The notes under the pieces are model-generated. The model searched no databases. It saw nothing but the letters and a program-made list of their open reading frames with translations, and was not told where the DNA came from. 64,000 nt of DNA from an uncultured Verrucomicrobiae bacterium (GTDB lineage Bacteria; Verrucomicrobiota; Verrucomicrobiia; Chthoniobacterales; UBA10450), in assembly GCA_963801815.1 (NCBI GenBank), contig CAWDGJ010000003.1, positions 640,001 to 704,000 of the forward strand. Reading direction: 5' to 3'. The position numbers and the translations under genes are program-made. How positions within the stretch are numbered: the first letter of the stretch is position 1; each line of letters starts with the position of its first letter. Below, in pieces: positions 55,463 through 64,000 of the stretch.

Positions 55463-56107
55463 TCAACGCTGGGCGGATAAATGGGCGTCGACCCTGGCCA
55501 GCGGTTGGTAAAATCGCAACCCTTCGATGTTACTGTGGAGCTCGCGCAACGGGTAGAGACCTTTCGCCGCTCCGCCTCCAGGATCCTGGATAAGATAATC
55601 GAAGCCTTGTTTTCCAGCGATCACCACAAAATGTGTAATGCCATTTTGCAGCCGGACGCGGACGATCACCGGGTTTCCCCTGGCGAGATTGGAATCAATC
55701 AGGGCATATGACGGCAGATCTTCGTAGATATGACGGACACGATCGGGCGCGTACCATGCCGCGCGATCCCAATACAACCAGCCGCGATCGGTATAGCCGC
55801 CGACTCCGCTCAAAAACCAGTTCAACTGCTGGGGATCGACGTCGATGCCGTAGAATTTAAACACCATCGCCGCCGCGGCGACGGCGCACCCTTCGCCGCC
55901 GATTGTGCCGTTGTCCGCAACTCCGCCAAGAGGATCGTCACTCCATCTTTCGTCGCCCTGGCGAAATGAGGGCACGGCCAACTCAAGGCGGTGGAAAAAG
56001 TAACGACCACCGCGCGGCGAAATCTGGCGTCGCCAATTCCAGTCGATAGCGACTGCAACAATGGCGACCAGTAGGAGCGCGACGAAGAAGGCAAGGAAAC
56101 GTTTCAA
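55463..56107 (-). CDS. C39-like cysteine peptidase
   Basis: FRQGDERW, GCAVAAAAM, HFVVI, IQDPG. Confidence 0.8.
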   Translation of the reverse strand: MKRFLAFFVALLLVAIVAVAIDWNWRRQISPRGGRYFFHRLELAVPSFRQGDERWSDDPLGGVADNGTIGGEGCAVAAAAMVFKFYGIDVDPQQLNWFLSGVGGYTDRGWLYWDRAAWYAPDRVRHIYEDLPSYALIDSNLARGNPVIVRVRLQNGITHFVVIAGKQGFDYLIQDPGGGAAKGLYPLRELHSNIEGLRFYQPLARVDAHLSAQR

Positions 56108-56173
56108 GGTTCTCAAACTGTAAAAGCGGTTGTTTGAGTCGCAAAACTGAAAAGCGGGCAACTGCTGATTGCT

Positions 56174-56701
56174 CTAGCGGTCAGCATCAAGAATCTTGAC
56201 GACTTTCTCGATCGTATTCCAATTGCGCACCGTGCCCGGGACACCAAGAATCTTCTCGATTCTGCCGAGGTAGCTGATCGCTTTCATTTCCCGACGATAA
56301 ATACCGAGCACGAGCCGGCTTGGTATCGCGATGATTTTGAGCAGCCAATCATCGGGAGAGGGGAGACAAAGTGGAAGAACTGGCAGTTTTCCCGGTCGTT
56401 TGTGCAAAACACTCATGAACCGGGTGATTTCCGGACCGGACGGCTGGCGCGCGAACGGATCTTTTCGCGCCACCTCGAGAATCGTTTTCGCGGGACAAAT
56501 CATGATTTCACATTTGAACGGCAACTTCTTCGCGATCGCGTTTCGCAGGACCGCTTCACTGATATTGTCGCGGACTACGAATGTTCCGACCGCGCCGATA
56601 TTCACGATGTCGAATTTCGGCAGCTGCTTCACTAATTGCGCGGGTTTGCAAAGATTGGCGCCGCCTACGTTGATGGCACGGAGAAAGACAACGGAAGCCA
56701 C
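56174..56701 (-). CDS. DUF1697 family protein
   Basis: VFLRAINVGG N-terminus, TVRNWNTI C-terminus. Confidence 0.88.
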   Translation of the reverse strand: MASVVFLRAINVGGANLCKPAQLVKQLPKFDIVNIGAVGTFVVRDNISEAVLRNAIAKKLPFKCEIMICPAKTILEVARKDPFARQPSGPEITRFMSVLHKRPGKLPVLPLCLPSPDDWLLKIIAIPSRLVLGIYRREMKAISYLGRIEKILGVPGTVRNWNTIEKVVKILDADR

Positions 56702-56899
56702 GGACTAAGTAAGAAGGAAGAATTAAAAATTAGGAAGTGGATTCCGGTGCACCAAGGGCGGCGTCTTGCTAAGAGTCCGCCGCAACCGAAGTCGCCAATA
56801 AGCAAGGATTTAGACTCGACGAACAGCGAGTTTCGTCGGCAGACTATTGGATATTTAGAGGGCGACGATGGGGCAGCAGAAAAACCGAAATTAAAACCT

Positions 56900-57190
56900 A
56901 TGGATATCACAAGCTTAATCGTTGAAGCGGTCAGTGGGGCGGTCGGTGGCAATGTCGCCGGCGCGGTATTGAAGGACAAAAGTCTGGGAGCAATTGGAAA
57001 TTCAATTGCCGGAGTTGTCGGCGGTGGAATCGGCGGAACGATCCTCCAAACAATCATGGGCTCGGCGGCGGCCGGCGGCGGTGGAATGGATATGCAAAGC
57101 ATCCTGTCCAACGTCGGTGGCGGCGGAGTTGGGGGCGCGATTCTCATGATCATTGTCGGCTTCATCAAGGACCGGATGTCGAAGACGTAA
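56900..57190 (+). CDS. Small Gly-rich hydrophobic protein
   Basis: MDITSLIVEAVSGAVGGNVAG...GNSIAGVVGGGIGG. Confidence 0.75.
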   Translation: MDITSLIVEAVSGAVGGNVAGAVLKDKSLGAIGNSIAGVVGGGIGGTILQTIMGSAAAGGGGMDMQSILSNVGGGGVGGAILMIIVGFIKDRMSKT

Positions 57191-57271
57191 GGAAGGTCCT
57201 CTCCGCTCATCGGTTGGTTTCGGCGCGTTGCGGCTTGTTTCGCCGCGCGATGCCGGATAGTTAATCGCTGC

Positions 57272-57982
57272 ATGGTGCGCTTCATCGAACCGCGAGACCG
57301 CGATTTCGCTGGATTCCGGTTGCGCGGGCGCGAGGTGACTCGACTGGAGTCTTTCAGTGACGCGGTCTTCGGCTTTGCCCTCACGCTACTGGTGGTTTCG
57401 CTCGACGTGCCGAAATCGTTCGACGACTTAGTGGGCACGATGCGCGGATTTCCGGCGTTCGCGATTTGTTTTCTGTTGCTGGCGTTGATTTGGAACAGTC
57501 ATTACAAATTCTGCCGGCGTTACGGGCTCGACGATGGCACGGCGCGGTTTCTGACCTGCGTGATGCTGTTTCTGGTCCTGTTCTACGTCTATCCGCTTAA
57601 GTTTCTTTTCAATTTCAGCATTACCGGCCTGCTTTTCGGCGCCGGTCAGCCGGTGTCGATGACCGGTTCGCAATTTTCCACGTTGCTGGTGATTTACGGC
57701 CTCGGCTTCTCCGCGGTTTATTGTGCGATGGGGCTGCTCTATCTGCACGCCTGGCGTTTGCGTGAGGCGCTTGAGCTGAATGAGTTGGAGAAGTTCGACA
57801 CCCGTTTCGTGCTGTTTCGACTGTTGACGCTGGTCGGGTTTGGAGTGATCGCCGCCGGTCTCGCCTGCATTCCAGCGTTCAGAAACTGGAGTGCGATGTT
57901 CTACATCCTTCTTTTTCCGATCCTGCGGATCTCGCGGGTGATTCATCGTCGCCGCCGGGCGCGGCACGTGCCGGCCGTCTAA
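57272..57982 (+). CDS. TMEM175 family potassium channel
   Basis: RLESFSDAVFGFALTLLV signature (RxxxFSD). Confidence 0.85.
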   Translation: MVRFIEPRDRDFAGFRLRGREVTRLESFSDAVFGFALTLLVVSLDVPKSFDDLVGTMRGFPAFAICFLLLALIWNSHYKFCRRYGLDDGTARFLTCVMLFLVLFYVYPLKFLFNFSITGLLFGAGQPVSMTGSQFSTLLVIYGLGFSAVYCAMGLLYLHAWRLREALELNELEKFDTRFVLFRLLTLVGFGVIAAGLACIPAFRNWSAMFYILLFPILRISRVIHRRRRARHVPAV

Positions 57983-58073
57983 CGCCCGCACGCCGGGATT
58001 TCTCGGAAGAAATTAAAATAAAATCCGCGGCCGCACCGTCGAACGATAGAAATACAGAAGGGAACAAAGGAAT

Positions 58074-58631
58074 ATGAAATCACTATTAATAGCGATGGGG
58101 CTTGCCGTCGCTTTGACTGTCGGCGCGCAGACAACGACCGACGAACAACAGCAGCAGCCCCAGCAGAAAGAGAAAAACAAAACCGAAGAAAACGTTCAGC
58201 CTGGTAAGACGAAGGAAAACGTCCAGAAACAAAACGTTCAGCCGACTGAGCGAGCGCGAACGCAGACCAACGTTGAGAAAGATGTCAATAAGCCGGAAGG
58301 CGCCAAAGTCAGAAGCGAAGAAAAAGTTCGCGGCGACGAACAACATTCCGGCGCTCGCGTTGACGAACGTGGCGAGGTGTCACACTCCACCACGGTCTTT
58401 CGGAATGGACGCGAAACACACGAAAGCCTCGCGTTGCATCGCGGTTTCCGCGATCGAAGTGACGTTCACTTCAGCATCGGGACCCACCCACGAGATTGGT
58501 GGTTGAGGACTTATTCCATCGTCGTGATGGACGGCTGCCATTATTATCTGGCAGACAACGGTTGCTGGTACCCGGCCTACGGGTTTGATCCAAGCTGCAA
58601 TTATACGGATGGCGTAGTCTTCTGCGAATAA
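58074..58631 (+). CDS. Secreted Gln/Glu-rich protein with aromatic C-terminal domain
   Basis: Signal peptide, low-complexity middle, HPRDWW...CWYPAYGFDP. Confidence 0.7.
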   Translation: MKSLLIAMGLAVALTVGAQTTTDEQQQQPQQKEKNKTEENVQPGKTKENVQKQNVQPTERARTQTNVEKDVNKPEGAKVRSEEKVRGDEQHSGARVDERGEVSHSTTVFRNGRETHESLALHRGFRDRSDVHFSIGTHPRDWWLRTYSIVVMDGCHYYLADNGCWYPAYGFDPSCNYTDGVVFCE

Positions 58632-58647
58632 ATCGCAGTTAATTCAT

Positions 58648-58680
58648 CGGGCGCGCCCTTTTGAGGGGCGCGTCCGTTTC
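58648..58680. terminator. Hairpin between convergent genes, likely terminator
   Basis: GGGCGCGCCCTT-ttg-AGGGGCGCGTCC followed by gtttc. Confidence 0.55.
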
Positions 58681-58685
58681 ATTTG

Positions 58686-59021
58686 TTACTGGGTGAGATT
58701 CGTCTGAATGAATTTCGGACTGGCATGGATGTCGATCTGTTTCAGCGCGCCGGTTCCGGAATTCACGAATCGGTGCGGCGTGTTCGCCGGGATTACTACG
58801 ATGCCGCCGGTTCTCACTTCTCGGGTTTCGTCTCCAACTGTGATCGCAGCGGTCCCTTCGAGCGTGAACGCAATCTCGACGTAGGGGTGCGTGTGCAACG
58901 GTGGACCCTGGCCCGGCCCGGCGTTCACGATATAAGCAGAAATTGGCGCGCCGTGTTTTTCGCCGTGAAATTCGTGCGACATTCCGACAAAGGGCAGTTG
59001 CTGAAGATCGAGAAAGCTCAT
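58686..59021 (-). CDS. Cupin domain protein
   Basis: GPPLHTHPYVE; IPANTPHRF. Confidence 0.9.
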   Translation of the reverse strand: MSFLDLQQLPFVGMSHEFHGEKHGAPISAYIVNAGPGQGPPLHTHPYVEIAFTLEGTAAITVGDETREVRTGGIVVIPANTPHRFVNSGTGALKQIDIHASPKFIQTNLTQ

Positions 59022-59190
59022 TTCTGAATTTAAGTGACAAGTGCCCTGTGACGAGTGACAAGTTCAGGCCTGACTTGTAATGGGACGTTGATGGCTGCCA
59101 CGACTGAGATTTCTGGCGCATTAAACTTGTCGATGTTCAAGACGGAAAATTAATTTGTAACGAATTGGCGGCAAACACGTCTCATAATTA

Positions 59191-60420
59191 ATGGCAGGGG
59201 TTTCTTGTTTTGGATGGGGCCAGACGACTGCAGATCGAGCGGACACTGCTGCGTCGGAGCGGGTCCTAGGTCGCGAGCGAACATCGGATTATCAGCCGCA
59301 GTTTGATGGTTTGCGCGCGCTTGCGGTGCTGACGGTAATGGTCGACCACTTCACGGCCGACGTCCCGAATTTTCCATTGCCGGACTGGATCCACCTCGGC
59401 GCGACGGGGGTGCGCCTCTTTCTGGTGTTAAGCGGCTACTTCATCACCGCATCGCTTCGCCGGGCGCGGGACCGAATGGAGACAACGGACTTGTCCGCCG
59501 GTCGAACGATCGGAGCGTTTTACTGGCGTCGCTTTCTCAGGATCACTCCCGCTTACTTCGTGTTCGCGGCCATCGCGATCATCTTCAATCTCGGCGCGAT
59601 CCGTGACAATTGGCCGTGGGTCTTTACCGGCACAGTGAACTGGATGATTGCGTGGAAAAATCAATGGCCGCTCACGATTTCGCATCTTTGGTCGATCTGC
59701 GTGCAGGAGCAATTCTATTTGTTTTGGCCGCTGTTGATCTTGTTCTTGCCCCGACGCTGGATGTTGCCGGCGATTCTCTCCGTGGCGATGATTGGAATCG
59801 GATTTCGAATCAGCTGCGTAGTTTTTTCGATGCCGGCGATTGCGCGCTGGGTCTTGCCCTTTGGCAGTCTGGATTCGCTCGCCGCGGGCGCGGCGCTGGG
59901 CTGGTGCGGCGGACGTTTGCGCGCAACCCGCGCCGGCTGGCTGTTTGCGGCGATTTGTTTGTCGATGTTAACTCTCGCTGCGGTGCTTCGGGCTGGGGAT
60001 CCGACAAAGTTGCGATCCGTCCTCGTTGAACCACTCGAGGCCGGCGCTTTTGCGGTTTTGGTCGCTCGCACTGTGACGGGATTCGATGGCGGCATCGGAC
60101 GTTTCCTTAGTCTTCCGGGTCTGGTCTTTGCCGGGCGGATCAGTTACGGCCTTTACATTTATCACGCTCTGGTGGCGATTGTGTTTAACCGCTGGTTGCC
60201 ATTGCCGCTGCGATTCATGATCACCGATCCGTCATTGCGTTTAATGGTGTTCGGAATGGGGACGGTTGCCGTCGCTGCTCTCTCCTGGCGTCTGCTTGAA
60301 CAACCAATCAGTCGTTTTCGCTCGAAGCGGGCAAGCCCCGTGCTTCGTCCGACAGTGATTCCAGACGAAAGCGACAAGAAGCGTTTTCTAATGGCTCAAG
60401 GTTTGCTGCCCGATAGGTAG
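59191..60420 (+). CDS. Acyltransferase-3 (OafA/YrhL-like) membrane O-acyltransferase
   Basis: DGLRALAV, GVRLFLVLSGYFIT, RRFLRI, HLWSICVQEQFY, GRISYGLYIYH. Confidence 0.92.
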   Translation: MAGVSCFGWGQTTADRADTAASERVLGRERTSDYQPQFDGLRALAVLTVMVDHFTADVPNFPLPDWIHLGATGVRLFLVLSGYFITASLRRARDRMETTDLSAGRTIGAFYWRRFLRITPAYFVFAAIAIIFNLGAIRDNWPWVFTGTVNWMIAWKNQWPLTISHLWSICVQEQFYLFWPLLILFLPRRWMLPAILSVAMIGIGFRISCVVFSMPAIARWVLPFGSLDSLAAGAALGWCGGRLRATRAGWLFAAICLSMLTLAAVLRAGDPTKLRSVLVEPLEAGAFAVLVARTVTGFDGGIGRFLSLPGLVFAGRISYGLYIYHALVAIVFNRWLPLPLRFMITDPSLRLMVFGMGTVAVAALSWRLLEQPISRFRSKRASPVLRPTVIPDESDKKRFLMAQGLLPDR

Positions 60421-60422
60421 AA

Positions 60423-60611
60423 GTGAAGAATTTCCTGATAGGCGCGACGTTCGTTGCAGTAGGCATCTGGTACGTTGAGCGCGTAGTTCACCATCGCACA
60501 TCTTCGCCTGACGAAAGTCCACGGGGCGAGATCGTCGTTGCGAATGCTCCGGACGGATCACTGCAGGGGCGCTGGCAGAGTCCGACTCCGACTGCCACGC
60601 GCGCGAAGTAA
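60423..60611 (+). CDS. Small membrane-anchored hypothetical protein
   Basis: GTG start 2 nt after the upstream stop; N-terminal hydrophobic helix. Confidence 0.4.
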   Translation: MKNFLIGATFVAVGIWYVERVVHHRTSSPDESPRGEIVVANAPDGSLQGRWQSPTPTATRAK

Positions 60612-60775
60612 TTCTTCTGCCTTTTTCTTCCCCTTGACAGCTTAGGGCTGCCAGCAAGACGTGCGATGAAGGTGGATCCAATGGTCGCGCTCCGCTGCGA
60701 GTAAGCCCCGTGCATTGAAGCTTAGTTTATCGCGAGTATCTGCATGTCTCGCAGTCAGAGCACTTGTCACTTTTC

Positions 60776-61750
60776 TTAGCCCCAAAGTTCTCTTCGAGGA
60801 ACGCCGATCCTTCCGTCGCGATAGCTGAGTCCGTGATCACGGTCTCGGGCGAGGAGGAGGGGACCGTCAAGATCGACACAGTCGGCGACGCTCGCGATCA
60901 CGCGCGCCGGCGCCATGCTCAACGAAGTTGCAACCATACAGCCAATCAACAATTTGAAACCACTTTCCCGTGCCTGTGTGCACAAATGCAGCGCTTCGGT
61001 TAACCCGCCCGTCTTGTCGAGCTTCACATTGATGAGCTCGTAACGATTTTTCAAACGCGATAGATCGGCGCTGATATGACAACTTTCGTCTGCACAGACC
61101 GGGATTGGATGATCCAGATTCTCTAAAACCTCATCGGCGTTGGCTGGGAATGGTTGTTCGATCAACTCGACGCGGAGCGCTTTCAGTTTCGGCGTGATAT
61201 TGCGATAATGGTCAGGTGACCACGATTCGTTCGCATCCACTAACAAGCGTGCATTCGGCGCCGCGTAGTGAACGGTTTCGACTCGCGCCAGGTCGGAATC
61301 GTCGCCACTAAGTTTGAGTTTAAGAATCGGAGACGTTGAGCTTGCGCCGGCCGCGTGACCCATCTTGTCCGGCGTGTCGAGACTGATCGTGAAAGAAGTT
61401 TCGACTTCGGAAACCATCGTAATTTCGGCAAGTTCCCACGCCCGTTTTCCGGAAAGTTTCGACTCCAGGTCCCACAATGCGCAGTCGAGTGCATTTCGAG
61501 CTGCTCCCGGGGGCAAGAGTTTTTGCAGACTCTCTCGATTTAAATTCTTCTCGCTCTTGATCGATTCAATTTGGGCCAGAACTGATTCGGACGTCTGATT
61601 GTAACGCCGGATCGGCACACCTTCGCCGCGGCCGACGTATTGGCCGTCATTGACAGTCGCAACGACAACGCGCGCTTCGGTTCGACTGCCCCGCGAGATG
61701 CGAAAGGTTTCCCGAAGAGGCCAGACTTCTTCGGTTGCTTCAATCTGCAT
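60776..61750 (-). CDS. Dipeptide epimerase / N-acetyl-D-Glu racemase (enolase superfamily)
   Basis: FRISRG, ARNALDCALWDL, KLK, VDANE, EQP, ADES, KLDKTGG, DLDG. Confidence 0.9.
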   Translation of the reverse strand: MQIEATEEVWPLRETFRISRGSRTEARVVVATVNDGQYVGRGEGVPIRRYNQTSESVLAQIESIKSEKNLNRESLQKLLPPGAARNALDCALWDLESKLSGKRAWELAEITMVSEVETSFTISLDTPDKMGHAAGASSTSPILKLKLSGDDSDLARVETVHYAAPNARLLVDANESWSPDHYRNITPKLKALRVELIEQPFPANADEVLENLDHPIPVCADESCHISADLSRLKNRYELINVKLDKTGGLTEALHLCTQARESGFKLLIGCMVATSLSMAPARVIASVADCVDLDGPLLLARDRDHGLSYRDGRIGVPRRELWG

Positions 61751-61833
61751 TTCTCTAAGGAACGCAGGAAAGCAGGAATGCAATTTCAGGTTTTAAGATT
61801 TTTCGCGACCCAAATCGGAACTAACGTCCTACC

Positions 61834-62310
61834 ATGAAGCCATTCGTTTTGTTGGTCCTGATGCTGGTTGCGTTCTCCGTCGCCTCGGCGGAGCCATTTG
61901 CCGTCATCGTTCGTCACGCGGAAAAAGCGGCAAACGATCCCAAAGATCCTGACTTATCTCCGGCGGGTCGAGAACGAGCGGAAGCGCTTGCCAGAATTTT
62001 GAAGGACGCGGGTATCACCGCAATTTTCACGAGTGAGTTCAAACGGACCCAGGAAACGGCGGCTCCGACATCGGCGGCAACAGGCATTGCGCCAACCGTT
62101 ATTGGCGGGAAAGATACCGAGTCGCTTGTTTCCAGGTTGCATCAATTAACCGGCAACGCACTCGTTGTCGGTCATGGGGATACGATTCCGAACATTCTCA
62201 AGGCACTCGGAATTGACGCCGCGGTTACAATTCCTGACGACGACTACACCGAATTATTTGTCGTCACTTTGGGCGCTAGGCCGCAATTGCTGCGACTGCA
62301 TTTTCCTTAG
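61834..62310 (+). CDS. Histidine phosphatase family protein (secreted)
   Basis: VRHAEK, RTQET, LVVGH; signal peptide. Confidence 0.88.
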   Translation: MKPFVLLVLMLVAFSVASAEPFAVIVRHAEKAANDPKDPDLSPAGRERAEALARILKDAGITAIFTSEFKRTQETAAPTSAATGIAPTVIGGKDTESLVSRLHQLTGNALVVGHGDTIPNILKALGIDAAVTIPDDDYTELFVVTLGARPQLLRLHFP

Positions 62311-62318
62311 CCGCGGGG

Positions 62319-62528
62319 TCAACAAATGCCGAGCAGGCACTTGGCTTTTTCTACGCTGCTGGGATCGCCGAAAAACTGGAAGGCGACCCGGCCGTCACGT
62401 TTTTTCAGGACGATTCGAAGCGGGCCAAACTCGTGACCGTTCAATTTGCGGAGAACGTCGTCTTTTGTTTGGCGGATTAAATTCCGTTCGAGCCATCGCG
62501 GTTTAAAACCCATTTCCAAACGGACCAT
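62319..62528 (-). CDS. Small hypothetical protein
   Basis: 69-aa ATG ORF filling the gap; no motif. Confidence 0.35.
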   Translation of the reverse strand: MVRLEMGFKPRWLERNLIRQTKDDVLRKLNGHEFGPLRIVLKKRDGRVAFQFFGDPSSVEKAKCLLGIC

Positions 62529-62634
62529 AAGAAGCGCAATTGAAAAAGCACGAACCGAGCCAGTGCATTAAGCCATCGCCCGCATCGCGGGTGCCGGGTA
62601 AGGAGCTAGTTCAGAAAGAGATCTGCGCTGCCAA

Positions 62635-64000
62635 TCACTTCAGGTATTTGTCGAACCATGCCAGGGTCTGGTTCATCCGATCGGCCTGATTTTCAGGCTT
62701 CAAGAACATATGGCCTTCGCCGGGATAGATGATCAACTGCGTCGGAACACCGAGGGTTCGCAACGCGTGCCAGAATTCATACGATTGCGGGGATGGGCAT
62801 TCCGCGTCGTGCTCACCGACAATCACCAGTGTTGGTGTCTTCACATTCTTGATGAACTTGATCGGTGAACTTTTTTCGTAGGCGGCCGGATCGTCATAAA
62901 CCGACGCCCCGAAGAAGGGAATCATCCATTGGTCAATCAGGTTTTGCCCGTAATAACTTTGCCAGTTCGCGACACCCGCCCCCGCAACGGCGGCGTGGAA
63001 CCGGTCGGTTTGCGTAACTGTCCACATCGTCATGAATCCGCCGTAACTCCAGCCGGTCACACCGAGACGATTCGGATCGACCGGATATCTCTTTATCACG
63101 GCATCAGTGCCGGCGAGATCGTCACGAAGATCGCCGTAACCAAGGTCGTTTACGTTTGCGCGAGTAAAATCCTCGCCCTGGCCATAACTTCCGCGCGGAT
63201 TCGGCAGCAGCACGTAGTAGCCGTGCGAAGAAAGCGCGGCGATGATCGCGCGCGACATTCCGGCCCCGGCGGGCCATTCCGAGCTTGTTTGACTGGATGG
63301 CCCGCCGTGAATCAAGACAACCATGGGATATTTTTTCCCGGACTCGACTTTTGCGGGCGGCACCAACCAGCCCTGAATATTAAATCCTTCATTCGTCCAT
63401 TTGATGCTCTCCGCTTTGCCCCAAGTCATCGGTAGAGCGGAGTTGTTGTTGGTAAGTTGTCGCCAATGACCGACCGGACCCGCCCAAACCTCGGGCGGTG
63501 TGTTGTAATTACCGAGAACGGCAGCCGCGAGCTTGCCATCACGCGAAAGCGCAAAATTTGGAAAATTGCCGAAGGCGTGAATACCTTCATCGCTCTTGGA
63601 AATTGTGTGCATTGAATTGTCAGCAAGCGACAACTCAGAGATTGCGCTTCCCCCGCCGACGTATTCCGTGACGAGGATTCGATCGGGCGTCAGCCAAAAC
63701 AAGGAGCTCACCGATGTTTTGCGACCGGGCGTTCGATTGGTCGCGGAGCCGCCGGTTGCCGGGACGGTAAATAAATCGCCGCCGTGAAATCCTTCGTCGC
63801 TCATGATGCCCTCGATGAACGCGATCTGTTTTCCGTCCGGCGACCAGCGCGGCACTGCAAGTTGAAGCGAAGGTTTGTAGATCGGACGTCGCTTTGCGCA
63901 GCAGCAATGTCGATCTTGTAGATCTGCGCAATCCACCAGTTGTTGTCGCCCGGGCCAGGAGCGGCGGTCGCTACGAACGTTTTGTCGTCCGGCGACCAAT
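62635..64000 (-). CDS. S9 family prolyl oligopeptidase/acylaminoacyl peptidase (5' part outside the window; frameshift near 63890)
   Basis: HGGP, NPRGSYG, GWSYGG, GEHD, EGH catalytic triad; WSPDG propeller repeats. Confidence 0.93.
   Translation of the reverse strand, partial: LVAGRQNVRSDRRSWPGRQQLVDCADLQDRHCCCAKRRPIYKPSLQLAVPRWSPDGKQIAFIEGIMSDEGFHGGDLFTVPATGGSATNRTPGRKTSVSSLFWLTPDRILVTEYVGGGSAISELSLADNSMHTISKSDEGIHAFGNFPNFALSRDGKLAAAVLGNYNTPPEVWAGPVGHWRQLTNNNSALPMTWGKAESIKWTNEGFNIQGWLVPPAKVESGKKYPMVVLIHGGPSSQTSSEWPAGAGMSRAIIAALSSHGYYVLLPNPRGSYGQGEDFTRANVNDLGYGDLRDDLAGTDAVIKRYPVDPNRLGVTGWSYGGFMTMWTVTQTDRFHAAVAGAGVANWQSYYGQNLIDQWMIPFFGASVYDDPAAYEKSSPIKFIKNVKTPTLVIVGEHDAECPSPQSYEFWHALRTLGVPTQLIIYPGEGHMFLKPENQADRMNQTLAWFDKYLK

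Noticed and set aside
26880..59070. Classical integron cassette array
   Set aside because: No tyrosine integrase, genes in mixed orientation, and no consistent RYYYAAC...GTTRRRY attC pattern seen.

Overview
GC-rich bacterial chromosomal window. Gene content and repeat style suggest a soil Verrucomicrobiota/Chthoniobacterales-like organism (inference). Many genes carry single-base frameshifts, most likely long-read indel errors. Bases 1-16.5 kb are core-like: enoyl-thioester reductase, CDF transporter, nucleosidase, tamB/tamA-type pair, PLP decarboxylase, SurA/PpiD chaperone, and a TPP riboswitch with thiC. Downstream lie toxin-antitoxin genes, a second divergent thiC 3' end, and a lower-GC island (23.3-26.9 kb). 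From about 27 to 59 kb runs a long series of unrelated single genes (vanadium haloperoxidase-like, VOC, DUF899, SDR, DEAD helicase, RRM, desaturase, POT and OPT transporters, TMEM175 and others), separated by mostly same-strand 7-8-mer repeat tracts, duplicated junction sequences and orphan gene fragments. Highlights: (1) an AhpD/CMD-family gene with an in-frame UGA in a CxxU motif and a SECIS-like hairpin 11 nt downstream, a probable selenoprotein that the ORF track splits; (2) a fixed-length 62-63 bp mini-element, six copies, that inserts at TT inside other repeat families; (3) several repeat families absorbed in frame into ThiC, DUF899 and the decarboxylase; (4) a repeat-delimited, cassette-like gene array with no integrase in the window. 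No rRNA, complete tRNA, CRISPR array or transposase was found.
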